From NCBI GenBank assembly GCA_002633005.1, contig NMRA01000096.1, positions 620,001-684,000 on the forward strand: a stretch of 64,000 bases of DNA, in the 5' to 3' direction. Made by a program: the position numbers and the translations under genes. The notes under the pieces are model-generated. The model searched no databases. It saw only the letters and a program-made list of their open reading frames with translations, and was not told the origin of the DNA. This DNA comes from Phoronis australis. Taxonomy: Eukaryota; Animalia; Phoronida. Positions 37,110 through 49,384 of this stretch are shown here, one piece after another. Within the stretch, counting starts at the first letter, position 1. Each line of letters opens with the position of its first letter.

Positions 37110-40100
37110 TAGTCCGGGAGCCAAATGCTGTTTTTTTACTTAACCTGGTTTTGCCGGATAAAGTTTTTCTTTACTGTTTCATGTAACCTAGGGTTTGGTA
37201 ATCAGAAATCAGGCGGGTGACTGTTCCCAAGCCTTGAGGATTTTTTAAATATGCAGATTAAGGTCGCCATAATACAAAATTTTATTTTTGCCTATAATTT
37301 CCTTATCAAGAACTCCAGGCAGATTATATTGATGTTTTACCCATGTTTCCATGGTCAGTGAATTTAATGGAGCAAGTTTGTTGGTGAATACATTGTCAAT
37401 TTGCATAATTTATGCAAATTGAGACCCCCATTATGCAAAATTCTATTTTTTCTTATAATTTCCTTACCAAGTACTGCAAGCAGGTTATTTTGATACTTTC
37501 ACCCATGTTTCCATGGTCAATGAATTTCATAGTGAAAGTTTTTGGGTGGATAATCGTCAATTTGCATAATTTATGCAAATTAAGGCCACCATTATTCAAA
37601 AGTTTACTTGTTCTAATAGCTATGGCACCAATCATCACAGGTGAATTATCATATTTGCACCTATGTTTCTATGGTCAATTAGTTCAATGAAATCAGTTTG
37701 CATGTTGATGCATGATAAATTTGCATAATTAATGCAAAATAAGGCCACCATTATTCAAAGGTATTTGTTGCTAAAGCTCCCTTACCAAGCACTGCAGACA
37801 GGTTACTTTAATGTTTTCACCCATGCTCCCATGGTCAGTGAATTTAATGGACCTCGTTTGCTAGTAGATACATCGTGAATTTGCTTAATATATGCGTAAT
37901 ATATGCAAATTAAGGCTGCCATTATTCAAAATTCTACTTTGCTTATAGCTGAAGTACCAGGCACCCCAAGTGAACTATTTTAACGTCTTTACCCATGTTT
38001 CTGCATGATGAATTTTCATATTTTATACAAATAATGGACACCACTAATCCAAATACTGTTTCTGCTCTTAATTTCCTTGCATGCGTTACATGTAGATTAT
38101 TTTCGAATTTATCTCATGTTTTTGATAATTTACGCAAATTACAGCTGCCATATTCAAAATTCTACTTGTGCTTATAACTGCTGCATCAGACACCAGAGGT
38201 TAGTTATAAATATTTGCACCCATGTTTCAGTGGTCAATGAATTTAATGAAATCTGTTTGCAGAATCTCCTTTTTGATGAAGTAAGAAAATATTTTGTGTA
38301 GTATGTGTTCTGCAGTTTGAGACCTTTAACTTAAAAAAAAGATATTGCCTATAGCCCTGCGCTCTCACAGACCATAGAAAAAGTGCAAATTAGTTTAATG
38401 ACTTGGATGAATGCTGGAGTGGGGCTCGGAGCGATCAGTTTATAGGGACCACATTGATGAGGTACGAATACAGTAGTGAGGGAATAGTAGGGAATCGCCC
38501 TCAAAGAGGAGAATCTTAAGCTTTGGGCACAATTTGACATTTGTCCTATAAGATTGAAACAAATCTTGGAAAGATGGAGAGCGGTAACGTTAGATCCTGT
38601 TCTAAAACTTATCACACGGAAGAAAGTAAGGCACGTCTTGATGCACAAGCCCAGGATATTGCACGGATCTGTCAAAAGTAGATACCAGCATCGATCTATT
38701 GGATCCCAATGTTCACCCCAAAGACGCAGTGGTTAACATTAGCATGACAGGATTGCCACTTCAACAGTTAACGTACATGAAACAATAAGCATTCGGCACG
38801 CAATGTTATCAGACTTCGAGAAAGGCTGCCAGAACGTTAGGAACACAAGTAGGCAATCACTAATAGAGATCCTTGTCCTTTAATGTAGTACAAGGATATT
38901 GGAGATCGAGACATCCCATGAAGAAGTTTGCTCCATTATTGTCCAACAGGACGTGAAATGTGCATATGAACTTAACAAATTTTAGGTTGTTTCGGATGAC
39001 AAAAATGTATTTGTCCTTCATGTCCATTACCAAGACAAGGAACAGGTTCAAATACCACAACCATGAAATCATGTAGTAAGCGTAGAACAGTCGAACACAG
39101 TGAAAACATATAGCGATATTGTGAAGGCCTCCTCCTTGGCCATGCACTGTTGGGGTGTAACACGTTGGCATGCTACCGTGGAGTTGGAAAGGGATCCATC
39201 GTTAAAATATTGAAGACTGAACATGACATACCTGTCATCGGCACTAGTAATGCGCATTTTTCTGATGTCATGAAACAGGCCACTAAATGTATATGCACCT
39301 GTTATGGAAAGAAGAGAATAAGGAAGATATCATGAACCAGACTACTGGTATGTGGAAGAGAAATTGCAAGAAAGATATATCCGCCACCAAACTGTCACCG
39401 AGAATAGAGGCATTCAAAGAGAACGTAAACGTAAACAGAGCCCATTACCAGTCAGTCATGTGGTGGAATGTCACCAGCTCTAGATCCAGAAGACTAAGGA
39501 TGGAAGAAAGATGCCACAAACAAATCACTCTCACCATCTATTAATCCGGATCGTGTCCAACTCGCTCCTATTGCATACTAGTGATGATTAGGTGTGACTG
39601 CAAAGGTCAGATTTCACAAAATTCAAGTAGATGCAATTGCAGCTTCAATTTTCTACCCGCACAATATTTTGGGCACATTATACTGTAGTGTGCTCATTTT
39701 CCGAGTGTTGAATTAGCATTTGAAACGTCTTGTGACTGCTCTCCATTCGATAGGATATTGCCCTAGGTTTATGCAGTTAAGCAATTTGGTCATCTACTAC
39801 TGCATATACCCTGGGTATCAGACAAAACTAGAATTTGTAATGTTGCGTAATAAATTACAAATTATTTAAATTTATGATGTAATAACAGATTACATTAAAT
39901 TCATCGGTAAAAATACCAAAATAATTTACATGTGGTGCCCCCCCGTAAGAAAGTTAAGAGCAGAAACAGAATTTTTGATAATGGCTGCCTTTATTTGCAT
40001 AAATTATGCTAATTTATCGTGCAACTTGCAAACTGATTTCATTAAACTAATTGACCATAGGAACATAGGTTCAAATATCATGAGACTTTACCTGTGGTGC

Positions 40101-40895
40101 TTGGTACCGCAGCTATAAGCTCAAGTAGCTTCATGCACAAGTAAAATTTTGAATAATAGCGCCTTAAATTCAGGGGCCTATCCAGGATTTTGAGTTGGGG
40201 GGGGGGGGGGGGGGNTGCAGGGGTCTTGAATGCTTGGGCTTGCGGAACTGTTGACTAAAGAAAAAAAAAGGTAAACGGGTTTATTTAGGGCCTACGCATT
40301 GTTTATTCACACCCCAAGACCCCCTGGTTGCGCGCATGTGCTATTCAGCAATTCGCACCCGAACTCACAAATGGGATCTGGTACAATTTTAGGGGGGGCC
40401 ATGGCCCCCTATACCCCCCCTAAATCTGCCACTGTAATTTGCATTAATTATGCAAATTTATCATGTAACAACATGCAAAGCGATTTCATTTAACTAGTTG
40501 ACCAAAAGAATATAGGTGCAAATATCACGATAGTTCATCTGTGGTGCCAGATACAGTAGCTATAAGCACAAGAAGAATTTTGAATAATGGCGGCCTTAAT
40601 TTGCATAAATTATGCAAATTGACAATGTATTCACCAAAAACTTATACTATTAAATTCGTTGACCATGGAAACATCAGTAAAAACGTCAAAATTATCGGGC
40701 TGCAGGGCTTGGTAAGGAAATTATAAGCAAAATTTTGCATAATGGCGACCTTAATTTGCATATTTAAAAAAATGCTCAAGGGTTGCGAACTGTCACCACC
40801 TTAAATCATGGTTAATTAACCCTAGGCTACATGAAACTGCAAAGAAAAAAACTTTATCCGGCAAAACCAGGTTCAACCCCCTGGCTCCCGGACTA
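37110..40895 (+). mobile_element. Degenerate Academ-type DNA transposon with long sub-repeated TIRs
   Basis: CAA|TAGTCCGGGAGCCA ... TGGCTCCCGGACTA|CAA gives TAG..CTA termini and a 3-bp TSD; inverted arms run several hundred bp. A frameshifted internal relic (about 38340-39660) has VSDDKNVF, HALLGCNTLACYRGVGK, EAFKEN..RAHYQSVMW, LDPED*GW and a C-terminal Cys cluster, as in the XPG-like domain of Academ transposases. Confidence 0.75.
40171..40433. mobile_element. MITE (same family as 36516-36675) nested in the right TIR of the Academ element
   Basis: CAGGGGCCTATCCAGGATTTTGAGTTGGGG ... CCCTAAATCTGCCACTG; flanks AAATT/TAATT; absent from the left TIR. Confidence 0.7.
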
Positions 40896-41959
40896 CAATG
40901 TCGATTTTCGGCATTGATGTTGGGGAGGAACATCAGTCTGGCGACAGCAACACGGAATCGTAAGAAGGCGATGATTTTCGAAATTTGATTCGTTTTTGTT
41001 GTGTCTTTTTCCCTACGGTTCAGGATTACTTATGAATCCAGGAACAAGGACTCAAAGAGGCAGGGTTCGTGATAACGTTGGAGAACGGTAACATTTATAT
41101 AAGGTGTTACAACTGTCTTCGATATTGTCATCTCGTCTGTTTTCATCCAACCTTCGCTGATGAAAACTTGAATGAAGAGGAAATTCAGTACTTGAATGAG
41201 CATGGTATACTGTGAGATTTATGTTGAATTATTCAACGGTTCTTTTAAGAACCATTTCACGCTATACCCAAGGCTCATTCACAGTACAACCAACGGCCCT
41301 TTTAAGGGCCACTTAACTCTTCCCAGAAGAACTGCTCACTTGAGAAGGTTGAATTATAAACATACAAAGGTTAAACCAGTGAAATCGTTGCAGAGGCGCA
41401 TTTTTAATCCGAACAAAATTAAAAATTTTCTAAAACAAAAACGTTATATAAGTATCTTTTGCATTCACAGGTACTCCTTAGAATTTGTGCACAATATGTT
41501 TTCGTAGTTTTCTCAGTATGTGAACCATGAATCACAAATTTTGCAAGCGGATGACATAATCAGTCGGCGCCGGAATTTGAAATTTGTAATTAATTACCGG
41601 TAGCATTGCCAAAAATACTCACGATACCAACACTTCTACTATTGGAAGACTTTGAGCAGCTTTTCAATGCCGAAATTATTATTTTTTTCGTTGTGCTGGA
41701 CAGTAAAGTAGAATGCGTGAATTTCCCGTCAAAAAAACACTAACCAGAAACTGCACCAGATAATTTAGAAGAGTGGCGGCGCCTCTTGGCTGCCACGTAA
41801 GTAAATGTCGGAGTTGCGAATCTGTTAGCTATAATCTATGATTAAATTGGTGTTCGCGTTTTTTTCTACTGGACTTGTATCGCAAGCAACAGCTTAGTCT
41901 GGAGACCTGAATATCACATTTGATTTAGGCTAAAACAGAAGCACGAACTTTAAAAGTAG

Positions 41960-42610
41960 CGCGTAAGTAAATAACGACATATCTATCCAACGTTTCGGTT
42001 TATTACTCTAAGCCATTGTCAAGGAAACAGTTCACAGACTCAAAACAGGCAACCCAGGTAGAGAAGAGACTGTACAAGTAAACTCAAAATGCATAGTGAG
42101 GTGGAGAGACCAGAAATCAAAACAGTTGGAGCTCAAATGAACCAATGTTTCTATTGAGGTAACGCTCAGCATGGTCGTATATGCATAGCGTCCTTTATGA
42201 GGAGCCTCAGGGTGGCATTATCCTTGTTTAGGATCTGAACACCAGAGCAATCTATAGTGTGACCAGTTGTCAAGGAATGATTGGGAACAGCACTATGTGT
42301 GTCTTTACAGTGTTCTTTGACCAATGTAAAACTGTTCACAGTCACAACAGTCGAGTTGGTAAACAACATGACTTCTTTGAGAATTTCTCAACGGTGTTTT
42401 CAGTCTCGACAATGACAAAAGACTGTTTACAGGTTTTAAGATTGTTACGAGTTGAAAACATGGAGCAATAGCTCCAAGCATTCTCTTAAGCTGCCTCTCG
42501 ACTACACAACTACTGTTACCTAGATAGGGGGGATTGAGAAACACTTTCTTCAATTCAGGCCCATTACAAACATCCACAGGTGTTCTGGATTCGTAATGTA
42601 AAAACATGTG
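41960..42610 (-). mobile_element. Penelope-like retroelement 3' fragment (GIY-YIG)
   Basis: PYLGNSS...SHVVYQLDCCDCEQFYIGQ, then frameshifted KEHCKDTHSAVPNHSLTTGHTID..VQIL...LLIKDAMHI. Confidence 0.8.
41986..42025 (-). ncRNA. Minimal type I hammerhead ribozyme-like motif (U3-A8 variant) of the Penelope element
   Basis: Minus strand reads TCC TTGACAA T GGCTTA GAGTAA TAAACC GAAAC GTT GGA: stem I TCC/GGA, stem II 5 of 6 paired, GAAA core, palindromic AACGTT in place of stem III. Confidence 0.65.
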
Positions 42611-42829
42611 ATAGTTTTTTTAGTGTGAAATGTCGGGTCACCAGGGATACCTGTTTGAGCCGAGGCAACACAAAGTGATACCCAGTAGTCGTCATCGTCA
42701 GACGAAAATTTGCCGGCGCGACCAGTCCACACTGGTGTGACTGTGCCGGGGGCAATGTGGACTCTAGCCAGCCAGTCAGACAGTTGGCAGCCAATATTCA
42801 GCTCTGTAAACTTGAAAGGTTGGTTAGTT

Positions 42830-43135
42830 ACCTACTATAACTGTATGAATGTGTTGAGCTCCATTAACCCAGAAATTTCACACAGCCGTTGACTACCCGG
42901 GCATTGTTGACTTATGCTCATCACCTCGTCGAAAAACTTAGGCTACATGAACATGTAAAGCTAACGGATCGGCGGGGGTGCATGATCTGGTAGTCACTCG
43001 ACACCCACCTTGTTCATTGCAGCCATTTAAGTGGAAATCAATCAAATAAACGTCATTTTGTAGCATGATTCGCCGCCTTTTGTAACAAAGAATTGTGTCG
43101 TCCGTTTCAAAAACAGCACGTTCGTGACACATATT
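42830..43135. repeat. Interspersed repeat also present at about 57715-58030
   Basis: Shared blocks GAAATT.CACACAGCC, GGGGTGCATG, CGACAC.CACCTTG, TTTAAGTG.AA and AAAACAG.ACG.TCGTG.CAC. Confidence 0.6.
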
Positions 43136-45339
43136 TCTGATATATTATGCAAATAAGTTGTATTTTATTCCATTAGTCAATGATGCAGTCACTGACACAC
43201 ACATTTTAACCACTCTTGAGTGTACTTGAGTGTACTGTATTACTTTGCTTATCAGACAATGCCAGAATAACCTCTTTGTAACATACAGGTTTAGTTCATA
43301 TTTCTACCACTAGCATTTCACTGTTTGCAACTCCTCTACAAGAGTGGAACATGTAATTTGAGTGTATTGTTGTTATGTACAATATATTGATGAGACCTGA
43401 TTACTTGTATTAAAAAAGATAGGAAGAGTGTTGTTTTTACAAATATATGTTCACTAAAGTCTTTGGTAATATTGCATAACTTCAAACCCAAATGTCTCAA
43501 GAATATGCAACTTTATATGCGGTAACTTTTAGATTTTGAAAACTCACTATTACATGATTTAAAAAAACGCCAAAATGAAATTTCTCCCTGAAGTACTCAC
43601 AAAAAGTATTTTCTAGAGGTCCTACAAAACTTATACGCCCAACGTGTAGTCGACCTGTTACGCTGAGAATAACGCCTTATATGTAGCGTGAAGACCCCAG
43701 CAATCCTGATATATCGAATCGAGAATTATTAAAAGTCATGACTGAAGAGCTAGAAACGGTGATTAAAGATTTGGTTTGCGGAATGGAATCTCTAAAAGGA
43801 TCATGAGTCTGTCAAAGAAGAGAATTTGCAACTGGAGGAGGATAGGAAGAGTGAATTTAATAATTTCATTTCAAGTGATTATTTTGTATCAATGGTGAAT
43901 GATATAACTATAGAATTATACACTGATAGAAACAATGGTATATAGAGTTTAGAAAAAGTTTGTAGAGAGGTTGGTAATGTTATATCTTCATCAACAGGTA
44001 AACGGTGTAAGAGACAAGGCCGCGACGGATGTAAATGATTCGATTCTGAGCTAAAAACACTGAAAAGAAGAAAATGTAAGCTTTTAGAAGCATTTTGAAA
44101 CAATGTAACTGAATCCTTATTGAACGAAAACATTGGTATCAAGAAAAATTTTAGAAAAATGTGTAAATTTAAAAAAGGAAATATAGACGAGAAACTTGTG
44201 AAAATGTTATTAAAGGAGAATGCCACCCAAAAACAAACTAGTTTGTATCAATTTAGATCAGGTAGTTCCACTCGATAACAGCAAGTACAGCTCTTTTACC
44301 TGACACCTTACGGCAGACAGAGGTGTTGAAATTAACTAATGACGTCAGAAGTTCGAATGCATTCTGTTCAACTGTTCACAACAAGCTTATTGGTGTCAGC
44401 TTATCGCTTGAATTCATCGTTTTACACCAATAAATCATCAAAACTCGATGTAAAACCCTTAAAAATACATCACATCGAGTTATTGAACAAACATGTTATT
44501 TTATTTCGCTGTTACGGATTTTTTGGTATTTAAACGTACCGTAGCCTACAAAGTTCGGTAGGCCAATTTACCAAGGTCGGTCGCGGGAGATGAGGGTCTG
44601 TTCGGTGATAAATTCAAGTTATTCATCCGTAAAATACAGACAGAAGAACATAGCTGTGTGTTGTAATTTTACACTTGCGATTTCGTTCAGTTCTAAACGC
44701 ACAAAACGCTTGCTATCCCGGCCAGTGGCTCGGAACCGGATCAGGCCCGTCGCGACCGGACTGAAGACATCACGAACATAAACAAGTCAAAGTTGGAAAC
44801 TAAACTTCCAGTCACAAAAAGACTATACTAGTGAGCTAAAGAAAAAATGTGCACGTGATTATTTTTGTGAATTAGCGGCAAAACTGCAAATCTACTTACT
44901 AGCTCGTCGGGGGCCATGAAGTCTGGTTACCCTTGTACAGAACCACCAGAGCAAAAGTTGTACTGTAACAATGATTCGAATAATGCATATGAATATCTAA
45001 ATAAATATTTCCCTCACATCTGACCATAGGATATAAAATAGAGTTATTGTTTCACAACAACTTTATGTCTACAAACACTGAATTAGTATGCGCTCACACG
45101 GCCTTGGTGCCTGGTCAATTAGTTCATTGCATCTAAAGCCGGAAAGGCAGTGATTTATTCATTGCTGGCTTCTCAAAACATTTGCACTCACGAACACTCC
45201 AAGGAATTACAAATTGTATCTGATGAGAAGACTTTGTTTCAGATTTATATAAGAATTGGTTAGGGTGAGAATAATTCATTTTGAAACAGAACGCACAATA
45301 ATAAACGTCAACGTGGCAATTCGCAATCCCGACTTAGAT

Positions 45340-46050
45340 GAGTGCTCATCCGGCGAAGACTCACAGGTCGAACTTTAGGTTTCACAGGCCGGAATACACT
45401 GATCAAGAAATTATAGAGAGGCTCCGTGAACATGCACATACAAGGAAACATACGGATAGCTCCGAAAACCAGTGAATGATTTGTCATGGTGTCAGTGATC
45501 TAACTGCACGATCATGGAAACGACTGACGCTTGCGTTTGCTGCTCAAATTCGATCCGCAAATGAAATAAAGCGCAGATGTGTCTCACGAGCCATCCTGAT
45601 TTTGCACCACATTTAAACAGAGATGTGCTTACACGCTTTTTAGGGCTGAGAAAAAGAACTGGCGAAAACATCCTACACCCTGAGGACCAAACAGAAGCCT
45701 CACGAACGAGTCAGTCATCAAACAGGTTATATAAAACGTTATGTTCTCACGCCTTGAATTAATTGTAGTTGTTTATGTTTTCATGGCCAACTACAATTCT
45801 CCATAATCAAAAACTGTCCAACAACCCATCCGATGAAGTGCATGCCACTGACAGACACGGAGAAGTTTTACGGCCTTCTATTTGGTATTAACGGCGTACT
45901 TTTCATTCTTCACTACCGTGAGCCACTTCCAAAGCATTATGGGCTCTCGAGGAAATCGAAAAAACGATATACCCGCTTTCCTCGCTGCTTCATAATTTGC
46001 ACAAGCGGGAACGATACACCACACCATAGCGCCCTTCACTCTGCAGGAGA
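45340..46050 (+). mobile_element. Decayed Cys-rich KolX / P2X7-ballast-like coding relic, probably Kolobok-derived
   Basis: SWCQ*SNCTIMETTDACVCC ... CLTSHPDFAPHLNRDVL ... YG...R...FPRC follows the WCxCGxCxxM..CxCC..CxxxHPxF pattern; contains stop codons. Confidence 0.5.
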
Positions 46051-46095
46051 ACCACTGACGTCGCTGCGTCGTTTCTCACCTTCCTCACAGGTTAA

Positions 46096-46752
46096 GGTGG
46101 CACTGAACAGTTAGACTGCGGCCGCGGCCAATTTGCACTCCCAAAATATTAAAATCTAGTAGTTGGCCAGGTTTGGGGGCATTTTTAGTTAGGTATTTTA
46201 TGTATGCCAAGTGAATTTGGTTTGTTTGTATTTGTGAACATGCTGAGAATTTAAAAAGGCCACTTTCTTGGCTGTAGATGCACTCGTCTTCAAGATGGTG
46301 GCCCCCTGTTGCAGTTGTGCATTGCTGTGTAGCAACTGAGAAATTAGCCGCGATTTCAGGTAGCCCTCAAACAAGCCAGATTTGCAAAAAAAAACTAGTT
46401 GGTTGACAGTACTTTTTGACCACATTTTTGGAATTGGTAGGAAATTTGCTTTCGGAATCTAATGTTGGCTTTAGTCGAGCATCGGCAGGGAAGTGGTGGT
46501 TTTAGAGCGAAAAGTGCCGATTTTGCATTTTTTGTCCTTATTTTTCTTAGTCTAGCTTAGTTTCCAATGGGAGTGAAAGGGTCAAAAATACGAGAACAAA
46601 GTTTCTGTGCTCATCTGTAGGGCTTGTGATGTGAAATGACCCAAAACTTTTCTTTATTTGCATGCTGTTTTTGACACAGTGAAGAAAGGGTGAAGTGTGC
46701 ATTGACGTGCGTTCTGATAGGCAAATCCCTGTGAGAACTGTTCAGTGCCTCC
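46096..46752. mobile_element. Non-autonomous DNA transposon, Kolobok-like
   Basis: TTAA|GGTGGCACTGAACAGTT ... AACTGTTCAGTGCCTCC|TAA (17-bp TIR, one mismatch). Confidence 0.6.
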
Positions 46753-49384
46753 TAACGCGACACCTCTCGGCAAGTTAGGATTGACCGTATATGAGGTGAT
46801 GTGGATATAGACCGATTAAGCAGAGACCGTAGACATGGGAACTTTTTGGAATTTGATTTATAGGTATATTATCTAGCCACATAGAAAAAACTAGGTTGCC
46901 CCCCCAAAGTACTCACAAGGATGAACGCTATGAGATCTGGCCCACCGACTATCTTTGGTGCTACTATCAGAGACCATAGATAGGGAGATAGTCCACCTAG
47001 CGAAATCCCATCGGACGGCCACTGGTGGACATTGTTGTTTCATGGACTGTAGACACGTCTAGCGAGTGTGCGTGCAATAAACAAATGTGGCAAGATATCA
47101 CGGCTCCCGTCAGTAAAAAAGCAATGGTGCTTTTTGCACTGCCTACGGCTGCAGCAACAGTTAATTGAAAATTCGTGACTCATGCTTTTTTGCTTCCTCA
47201 TTGATTAAGATAAGGGATGTTCATGATTGAAACAGAGGATATTTCTGCGTGAATCTCTTGCCAGTCATTCAGTGATGGACTGGGTGTCTTTACTGTTTCC
47301 TGCATTTGATTGCTGATATAGAAAATTGTCATAAATTGTTTGCATGATTTATGAAACTACTGATTAGTTTATTCTGTGCCCATTGATGCTTCTAATTACT
47401 TTTTTCATTTCGTTCTGCAGTCTTAATACATTCAGATCTAAAAAATAATTATATTTACTATTATTTACTAATTTTGTTATTGTTTTTTATCATATATTTA
47501 TTTATATATCTATTCTTGATTATTTATTATTGTTTATTTGCTATTACTTATTTAAATCATTTCTTGTGATCCGATACAGTCAACATCCTGGCTGTCGTTG
47601 ATCAATAATCTGTATAATATGGTCATGATATGTACTTCAGTGCATAATAACTGTTATGTTTATGGTTTGGTAACCTACTTGGTTATTTGCCATAGTAAGT
47701 GGTGAAGGAAGTGTTCTTTTAAAGGCACATTGAACCATACATCTGTGGACACTTCGGTGGTATGTGTATTACCTTGGAAACTTGTTACACTTCAGTGACG
47801 ATGTTGTTTGTTTAGATTTTTGTTTTGACATGGGTTTTAAAACATCAAGTCAAGAAATAAGGCGTCGTTATGTTATTTACTATGAAGTTGGCCTGCCAAC
47901 GCAGGCTGAATATGCCTTTAACTAACTGCTGATAGTTGATTTAAAAATGTGAGTGATTTATGAGAGCTGGAAAGCATAGTAAAAAATATCCAAAATGGAT
48001 TGCATATTCAATAGGCATCTTGGCTGTTTTATGGGGGCATACAAGGCAGGTTTACTGGACTTCAGGCAGGAATTCCATCTCTTGCAGGTTTGGAACCCGT
48101 ACCCCTCTTGCCTCCAGTTTCATTCACCACAACCCACCCCAATGCGCTACCCATTTCAGATACCATCGGGCACGGATGCTTGGGGTCCAGTGAATCAGTC
48201 CCAAGTAGCGACTCCACTGTTGCCTAAAACTACTACGTTTTTGGGAGTTTTCTACGTTGAATTCTCAATGATTGAAAATAAGTAGGGATCTTTTCATGCA
48301 ATGCACCTAATTTAAGGACTAAGTCCCTAAATGTTTTGACTGAATTAAGAGCTCAGTTTTTAGTTATATTATTATAAAACATCATAAGTCAAAAGAGGAG
48401 TTCATAATAAAGATAAAATGATAGAAAAATATAAAAACTGTGAGCAAAGAACAAAAAAATGCCTAAAAGATTTACCAACTCAGTTGAGTACAGGCAGATC
48501 CAGGGTGGCAGGTTAAAGGGGTCTGGACCCCCCATTTTCTTTGATTGTAGTGATATCAATGCTAGAATTTTCAAATTGTTGACTTGGGCCACCTTTCTTA
48601 AAAAAACATTATCCGACCCCCCTTTAAAAAATCCTGGATATGACCCTGTTGGGTCGATATTTGGGACAGTTTCATGTCAATGGGCACAGACACAACTGCT
48701 TGAATCTAGAACGTCTTTAAGATGTGAATTTTCGAAAGAAAGATCTTCTAATTTCTCCATTTTATTTTAAAACAAAGTTTGCGTGTTAAAAGGTTACATA
48801 ATTAATTGTTAATTAATTGATATTAAAACCTGGAATATTGGGGGAAGAAAGCTATCTCTGCCCCCAACCTTTCAATTGGTTGACGGGCACCCCCGCTCCT
48901 ATCTCTTCTTCAGCAGATCCATTTGCACATTCCTGACCCCCCTGGACAAAATCCTACAGGTTCGGTACCTGCACATTCTCCAGTAACCTACTTTCATCTG
49001 CTCAGCTCTTATTACTGAGTCTCCCTCTTGCTTATGATTTATTTCTCGTAATTTATATTACCTTTGCTGCCCAAATTTTTTCTTGGTTTACTCTATATTT
49101 TGCCTATGTGTATTTTTCCATTACAGTGCTCGTGTTTTTCTGTTTTCAATATTTTAAACAAAGACACTTCACTGACAATTTTGAATTTGACAAACTAAGA
49201 TCGGCCATAGTGAATACCTTGCGTACTTCGTTGGCCCACACACACACGCTAGGTGTCGCCACGGTCCATGACACAATATTGGCGGCGGCCTTGGTGAATA
49301 GTCTTGTTAGCGTCTTTGGATTAAGACGGTAAAAAAGACTAATTAAATCGGGTGGCATTCTCCTTTAAAGCGTTTCAATGAAAC

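Noticed and set aside
37250-38250. CRISPR-like regularly spaced palindromic repeats
   Set aside because: The intervening sequences are similar to each other, the context is eukaryotic, and the array is mirrored as a transposon TIR.
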